Shown here: positions 26,745-32,000 of the stretch, piece after piece
How the letters are laid out: each line of letters begins with the position of its first letter
Position numbering within the stretch: the first letter of the stretch is position 1
Assembly: GCA_964354495.1 (NCBI GenBank)
Contig: CAYHAA010000020.1
Span: 1-32,000 of the forward strand
Length of the DNA stretch: 32,000 nucleotides
Source: an uncultured archaeon
GTDB taxonomy: Archaea; Asgardarchaeota; Thorarchaeia; Thorarchaeales; Thorarchaeaceae
Direction of reading: 5' to 3'
Notes under the pieces: generated by a model
Seen by the model: only the letters and a program-made list of their open reading frames with translations
Told to the model about the DNA's origin: nothing
Databases searched by the model: none
Translations under genes and position numbers: made by a program

Positions 26745-28544
26745 GTGTCTGATGCATCATCTCAACTATATTCTGAGGCCGAGCTGCTCTTCATCTCCCT
26801 TATTGATAGGACCATCACTCGAAAGCCTCTGCCTCCGGCCCTCTACAAGGAGTACCTCGGTGGTCGTGGTCTTGGTGTGAAGTTGCTCTACGATAATCTT
26901 GCACCGGGTATTGCTCCTCTCTCCCCAGATAACTGGTTAGTCTTTGCAGTGGGCCCATCAACTGCGACATCAGTCCCTACAGGTGGCCGTTTTGTTGTGA
27001 TTACCAAGTCTCCTGCTACGGGAACAATATTCGACTCGAATGCAGGTGGATACTTTGGCGCTCAGTTACGTCGTGCTGGCCTCGCTGCAGTCATCTTCAC
27101 CGGAGCCTCAAAATCACCTGTCTATCTCTGGATCAATGACAATCAGGTCGAGATTCGTGATGCTTCCAAGATCTGGGGCAAGACTACAGACGTCGCGACC
27201 GACCAGCTGATCAAGGAGACCGATGAAAAGGCACAGGTCGCCTGTATTGGTCCTGCCGGGGAGAATATGATCAATCTCGCAGCTATCGTGACTGACAAGC
27301 ACAGGGCTGCGGGTCGTGGCGGCGTCGGAGCTGTGATGGGTTCCAAGAAGCTTAAGGCAGTGGTCGTTCGTGGGACAAGGACTCCTGGCGTTGCTCAGCC
27401 CGAGAAACTGCGAGAGGCAGTAGAACGAGCACGTCTTCTTATCAAGAAGAACCCAGTGACAGACAAATCGTTGCCAGTCTATGGTACTCCAGTCCTTGTC
27501 AGTGTGATAAACGAGGCTGGAATGCTGCCCACTCGTAACTTCCAAGAGGGTAGATTCAATGATGCTGATGGAGTCTCAGGAGAGAAACTGCTAGAGCGCT
27601 TTTCTCTAAAGCCCTACAACTGCTATGGTTGTCCTATTGGTTGTGGACGCATGAGTCGGGTGCGGGGTAAGGATATGGGCGGTCCCGAATTCGAGTCGAT
27701 ATGGGCACTTGGCCCGCAATGCGGAATCAACGACCTCGAATGGATTGCTTTGGCGAACGATAAGTGCAACCTATTGGGAATCGATACAATCTCAGTCGGT
27801 AGTACTCTCGGGTGTGCCATGGAGCTTGTTCAAAGGGGCAAACTAGAGCATTCGCTCAAGTTTGGCGATACGACGGGAGTCCTTGAAATGATTGAAGATA
27901 TCGCTTATGCCCGTGGTCTGGGAGCGGAGCTGGGGAAGGGTTCCAAAGTATTCGCAGCGAATTATGGAGCTCCTGAGCTCGCCATGCAGGTCAAGGGCCT
28001 TGAGATACCAGCGTACGACCCACGAGGTGTGCAGGGGCATGCTCTTGGGTATGCCACATCAAACAGAGGTGGCTGCCATCTTCGGTCCTACATGATTGGT
28101 CCCGAAATCTTGGGAAGCCCCGTGCTAGTAGACCGGGATATAACCGAAGGCAAGGCCGATCTCGTAATCCTGTTCCAGAATCTATCTGCTGCTATGGACT
28201 GTATGGTTGTGTGCAGATTCACGAACTTTGCTTGGACAGTAGACGACTACGCCGCGATGGTCAGCGCAGGCACGGGTCTAAAGATTGATGGCAAGGAACT
28301 ACTTCGCATCGGAGCGCGGATCTGGAATCTAGAGAAACTGTTCAATATACGTGAGGGATTCGGGAAGAGTGATGACGCTCTGCCTCCACGCTTCTCCACT
28401 CCACTCACAGAAGGTGGCTCGAGAAAAAGGGTAGCTCAGATTGATGTAATGCTTCCAGAGTATTATTCTCGGAGAGGTTGGGACAAAGAGGGACGACCTA
28501 CTGGGAAACTGCTGAAGAGCCTCAACATCCCTATCGAAAGGTGA
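26745..28544 (+). CDS. aor: Tungsten-dependent aldehyde:ferredoxin oxidoreductase
   Basis: YLGGRGLG, KSPATG, SNAGG, GRGGVGAVMGSKKLKA, CYGCPIGCG, GPEFES, LGIDTIS, YDPRG, RGGCH. GGAGG SD; starts 12 nt after the deoC stop. Confidence 0.93.
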   Translation: MSDASSQLYSEAELLFISLIDRTITRKPLPPALYKEYLGGRGLGVKLLYDNLAPGIAPLSPDNWLVFAVGPSTATSVPTGGRFVVITKSPATGTIFDSNAGGYFGAQLRRAGLAAVIFTGASKSPVYLWINDNQVEIRDASKIWGKTTDVATDQLIKETDEKAQVACIGPAGENMINLAAIVTDKHRAAGRGGVGAVMGSKKLKAVVVRGTRTPGVAQPEKLREAVERARLLIKKNPVTDKSLPVYGTPVLVSVINEAGMLPTRNFQEGRFNDADGVSGEKLLERFSLKPYNCYGCPIGCGRMSRVRGKDMGGPEFESIWALGPQCGINDLEWIALANDKCNLLGIDTISVGSTLGCAMELVQRGKLEHSLKFGDTTGVLEMIEDIAYARGLGAELGKGSKVFAANYGAPELAMQVKGLEIPAYDPRGVQGHALGYATSNRGGCHLRSYMIGPEILGSPVLVDRDITEGKADLVILFQNLSAAMDCMVVCRFTNFAWTVDDYAAMVSAGTGLKIDGKELLRIGARIWNLEKLFNIREGFGKSDDALPPRFSTPLTEGGSRKRVAQIDVMLPEYYSRRGWDKEGRPTGKLLKSLNIPIER

Positions 28545-28593
28545 AAATGCCCACTATCCGCAGACCGGTAAAGAATAACTGGAGATGCTCTAG

Positions 28594-30549
28594 CTGCCAA
28601 GAGAAAAACACAGTCGCAGGAAGTTCCGAAGAGGACATGCACCCTACTTGACCAAGATTCGGTTCTACTGGTGCGACTCATGCAACGTACCAAGAATCGC
28701 AGAGACAGAGTGCAGCACCTGTGGTACGCTACCAAGGCAGGTAGAGCTGTCACCGCCAGGGGACCCGTTTCCAGCGATGGATGGCCACCTCAAGAGGGCA
28801 ATAGACACGATTGACTCTCAGTTCGGAGATGGTGTGGGACTTGTTTTGCTTCCTACAAGCAAGACGATAGTGATGAATAAGGTGTCCTCGCTGGATGCTA
28901 TGTATGAGATCATTGTGGACGGATACTTGGTTGGCAGATTACGATTTGATATTGAAAAACACGGATACACCTTTCTCCTTGCTATTGAAGGAGCTCGTAG
29001 AATCGGTGCAGTCAGTAGGCAGAAGTGGGTCTCTATCCATGACGGTGTTCTGAAATATCTGAGAGATGGAGCGAATCTGATGCTCCCTGGTGTACAGGGC
29101 TGTGACTCAGGGATAGAGGTGGATGACGAAGTCTGGATTGTCGGCTCAGATGGTGTTGTCCTCGGCAATGGCATTGCACGAATGAGCGGTGCTGAAATGG
29201 CGAAAGAGAGCAAAGGATTCGCAGTCAAGATTCGCGAGGTTTCCAATCCTACCCCTCCGGCAGAGAATACAGTCGAATCGACGTGGGATGATGCTGTCGC
29301 GGCGAATCTGAATAATCTTGTCAGAATCGAGGAAGAGGCCGTTTCTTTTGTCAGACGTGTCGTCGAAAAGAACAAGGGTCTTCCTGTTGTTGTAGGCTTT
29401 AGCGGAGGAAAAGACTCTCTCGTAACCTATCTTGTCGTGGAGAGAGCAATAGGAGAGAGCCCCCCACTCTTCTTCATGGATACAGGCCTTGAGCTCCCTG
29501 AAACCATCGAATTCATTCGCAGGTTCGCAGAGGGGCGAAATGTACGAATCATTGGCGAGAAGGCTGGAGACCGATTCTGGCAATCTTTGGACGTCTTCGG
29601 TCCGCCGGCCAGAGACTTTCGTTGGTGCTGCAAGGTTCTCAAACTGGGGCCAGCAGCCACATCAATTGCTGCAGAGCTCGGTAGCGAGACCCTCTCCTTC
29701 ATGGGTCAGAGAAAGATGGAGTCTTTCCAGAGATCCGTAGAACCCAGAGTCACAGAGAATCCGTGGGTTCCTGGGCAGATTTCAGCCAACCCGATACAGA
29801 ATTGGAACGCTCTTGAGGTATGGCTGTACACATTCAAGATGAGGGCTGACTTCAACCCGCTCTATACCAAGGGCTATCACAGAATGGGCTGCTACTTATG
29901 TCCTGCATCGCCGCTTGCTGAACTGGAGAGTCTACGTCAGACCCATCCTGAGCTCTACAAGCAGTGGGATGAGAAGATGAGAGAGTGGGCTGGGCGGTAC
30001 GGTTTTCCAGAGGACTGGTTTGAGCTAGGGTTTTGGCGCTGGAAGAACCTGCCAAAGGGGCAGCTCGAACTTATCAACCGACTTGGCTTGAGTATCACTC
30101 CCGCACGACAGAGCCCTGGAGAGAAAATCGAGCTCAACATCACAAAAGGAGTATCCCCATGCACCAAATCTGGTTTCAGTCTTGAAGGCTCCTTCTCAGC
30201 TGGTATTGATCTTAGCAGAATTTCAAAAATCATGCCCATATTCGGGAGTACGAAGGTCTCTGAGGAACTTGGCGCCCTTCGAACAACATCTGGAGAGAAC
30301 CATATTGCGTTCTTTAGCTCTGGTTCTGTGGTCGTGCGTGGCCCCGATGAGCGTACTGTGGAATGTCTTGCTAAGCAATTGGAGCGTGCGACTCGGAGGG
30401 CTCTTCTCTGTCAAGCATGCGGTTCCTGTATCCCACAGTGTGACCAGGGTGCTCTATATCATGATAACGGAAAGATTGCCGTGGACGAAGACAAGTGCAT
30501 TAACTGCCTTGAGTGCGACAAATGGCCTTGCCCTACATATCTGACTTAG
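28594..30549 (+). CDS. Zn-ribbon + PUA + PAPS-reductase-like (PP-loop) + ferredoxin-like multidomain Fe-S protein; probable CTG start at 28594 (ORF track: TTG 28648)
   Basis: WCDSCNVP..CSTCG; PUA region (GANLMLPGV...VDDEVWIV...GNGIARM); FSGGKDS; RWCCKVLKLGP; RMGCYLCP; C-terminal CQACGSCIPQC and CINCLECDKWPCP. Confidence 0.88.
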   Translation: MPREKHSRRKFRRGHAPYLTKIRFYWCDSCNVPRIAETECSTCGTLPRQVELSPPGDPFPAMDGHLKRAIDTIDSQFGDGVGLVLLPTSKTIVMNKVSSLDAMYEIIVDGYLVGRLRFDIEKHGYTFLLAIEGARRIGAVSRQKWVSIHDGVLKYLRDGANLMLPGVQGCDSGIEVDDEVWIVGSDGVVLGNGIARMSGAEMAKESKGFAVKIREVSNPTPPAENTVESTWDDAVAANLNNLVRIEEEAVSFVRRVVEKNKGLPVVVGFSGGKDSLVTYLVVERAIGESPPLFFMDTGLELPETIEFIRRFAEGRNVRIIGEKAGDRFWQSLDVFGPPARDFRWCCKVLKLGPAATSIAAELGSETLSFMGQRKMESFQRSVEPRVTENPWVPGQISANPIQNWNALEVWLYTFKMRADFNPLYTKGYHRMGCYLCPASPLAELESLRQTHPELYKQWDEKMREWAGRYGFPEDWFELGFWRWKNLPKGQLELINRLGLSITPARQSPGEKIELNITKGVSPCTKSGFSLEGSFSAGIDLSRISKIMPIFGSTKVSEELGALRTTSGENHIAFFSSGSVVVRGPDERTVECLAKQLERATRRALLCQACGSCIPQCDQGALYHDNGKIAVDEDKCINCLECDKWPCPTYLT

Positions 30550-30553
30550 TCTG

Positions 30554-31585
30554 CTACGGAGAAGAGGGAAACCGTTTCTTCCACCGTCTTGTTAGGCTAC
30601 TGCACGTCATCAACTCTGGGTCTGCGTCCTTTATGATTCTCAGAAGTGCTTTGTATGCCTCATGATGTCTAGGATGCCCGAAGTCCTCTTGGTCCGGATG
30701 GAGGATGAAAGTTGCGAGGCCTCCCTGCGATTTGATGTAGTCCATCTTTTTCTTCAAGACTCGCAATATACTCTCCTCTGAGAGCTTGTAGTAGTACAGT
30801 AGTGTCCAATCTTGAGGCATTGACACAGGTATTTCTACGATGGTACTACGTTTCCATACCCCGTCCTCCTTATACATCGGGTAGAATGGAAAGACTGTCC
30901 TACTGCCCGTGGAGGCATAACCAATAGTGGAGTCGTCCGTGTCCGGGAATGAAGAATCCCATTCAAATCCTGCTTCACTAAGATGGCGAATCATCATCTT
31001 GGTTCTGTGAAGCCAGGGTGCTCTATAGCCAAGCGAGGGCAAACCAAGTTCCTTCCCCCGCATCGCTGATTTGAAAATTCGGGCTCTCTGTTCCTCATCA
31101 GAGAGAAAGGCGAATTTCCCATCGTGATGGAGTCCGTGCATACCTACGTCAAAGCCATCTCGCAGAAGCGATGCAATGAGGTCCTGGTCCAATTCATACT
31201 CAAGGGAGCTGGGCACTATGTTGAACGTAGAAACCATGTCCTCTGCCCGTTCAATCTCAACAAACTTCGACAGACCGTACTCATACCCCTCTCTTGTATC
31301 GACATCATGAGTCATTATCACTCCGAAGTCCTTCTGCCAGAACTCGCGTTTCTCCTCAGTCGAAGGGTCCAATCTGTCAGCTAGATCGTCAATAGGAAAG
31401 GTCCTTCTCTTTGGTGCATCTGATGACTTGGGTCTTATCAGGGAAAGAAGCGACACAAATGAATCTCGTATCTGATATGGAATATATTCTACCAGCCTGA
31501 AGCCTACTCCGAGTTGCAGCACGGCTGGCGGTCGATAGTCTATGTCTAGTTCATTCCTGAAGTAGTCGCTCTTAGTAATCTTCAA
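30554..31585 (-). CDS. Polysaccharide deacetylase (NodB-like, CE4) family protein
   Basis: MTHDVD, GMHGLHH, GYRAPWL, WDSS, FILHPD. TTG start. Confidence 0.82.
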   Translation of the reverse strand: MKITKSDYFRNELDIDYRPPAVLQLGVGFRLVEYIPYQIRDSFVSLLSLIRPKSSDAPKRRTFPIDDLADRLDPSTEEKREFWQKDFGVIMTHDVDTREGYEYGLSKFVEIERAEDMVSTFNIVPSSLEYELDQDLIASLLRDGFDVGMHGLHHDGKFAFLSDEEQRARIFKSAMRGKELGLPSLGYRAPWLHRTKMMIRHLSEAGFEWDSSFPDTDDSTIGYASTGSRTVFPFYPMYKEDGVWKRSTIVEIPVSMPQDWTLLYYYKLSEESILRVLKKKMDYIKSQGGLATFILHPDQEDFGHPRHHEAYKALLRIIKDADPELMTCSSLTRRWKKRFPSSP

Positions 31586-31602
31586 TATTCACTCACCGTT
31601 GA

Positions 31603-32000
31603 TCAGGAGGAGTACTTCATCCAGTGACCATATCTGGAGAGCCAACCATTTATCACCATGCTCACTTTTGTACGAGTTCCTCCCCAAGTGCTGTTCGCAA
31701 GGTCGAACCACCAAGACCCCATCTGCTCCAGGTTCGCTGCACGTTCCGGAGCAATGGCAAACAGCGTGATAACGAAAGTTCTCTCGCGGACCATGTCCCA
31801 GAGTTCATCTCTGTCTTCGAACATGAAGATCACATGGTTATCTTGTTTCGAAGAAGGCCCCTTGGGAGTCCGGAATGAGGTCTTGGCATACGCTTCTTCG
31901 AGGACCGGGTCCGTCAGTGTCCAGTCTTCGATCCGGAGATAACCCACGAGTTCAATGAGCATATTCTTGAGTATGTCGCGTTTTTCCTTGTCTGTATACT
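31603..32000 (-). CDS. Hypothetical protein, 5' end beyond the right window edge
   Basis: The ORF-track 119 aa frame stays open to the edge (...YTDKEKRDILKNMLIELVGYL), so ATG 31962 is probably internal. No motif recognised. Confidence 0.6.
   Translation of the reverse strand, partial: YTDKEKRDILKNMLIELVGYLRIEDWTLTDPVLEEAYAKTSFRTPKGPSSKQDNHVIFMFEDRDELWDMVRERTFVITLFAIAPERAANLEQMGSWWFDLANSTWGGTRTKVSMVINGWLSRYGHWMKYSS

Noticed and set aside
1-32000. Selenocysteine read-through at TGA-ending genes (lipS1, rpl10e, pyrI, udg, aor)
   Set aside because: Each TGA falls at the expected family C-terminus; I found no gene interrupted by an in-frame TGA at a Cys-equivalent position.
1-32000. CRISPR array, tRNA/rRNA genes, inteins, transposases
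   Set aside because: None seen by eye; atpA, atpB and hef are uninterrupted. A covariance-model scan would be needed to exclude small ncRNAs.

Overview
Gene-dense archaeal chromosomal window with no tRNA, rRNA, CRISPR array or transposase that I can support. Archaeal markers (L35Ae, L10e, SRP54, deoxyhypusine synthase, Hef, A/V-type ATPase F/A/B) fix the domain. An Asgard (Thorarchaeia-like) origin is my inference, not something I can prove. Order: partial ADP-forming acyl-CoA synthetase alpha (-); LipS1-type radical SAM (+); membrane protein, rpl35ae, membrane protein (-); dys, VOC protein (+); small membrane protein (-); LVIVD/Ca-repeat surface protein, rpl10e (+); trmJ, DRG GTPase, TrmY-like, srp54 (-); pyrI, atpF, atpA, family-4 UDG, membrane protein, atpB (+); DUF2095, radical SAM, glmU (-); two wHTH regulators (+); hef, methyltransferase (-); PRC-barrel, deoC, aor, PUA/PAPS-reductase-like Fe-S protein (+); polysaccharide deacetylase and a partial ORF (-). 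Best leads: (1) a DeoC with a four-cysteine C-terminal extension, coupled to an aldehyde:ferredoxin oxidoreductase; (2) a Zn-ribbon/PUA/PP-loop/Fe-S protein that looks like an RNA sulfur-insertion enzyme; (3) a two-gene insertion splitting atpA from atpB, made of a UDG that has lost an Fe-S cysteine and a tandem pilin-like (CedA1/VirB2-like) membrane protein; (4) two genes that appear to start at CTG; (5) two clean palindromic operator candidates. All family calls come from motif recognition, not database searches.
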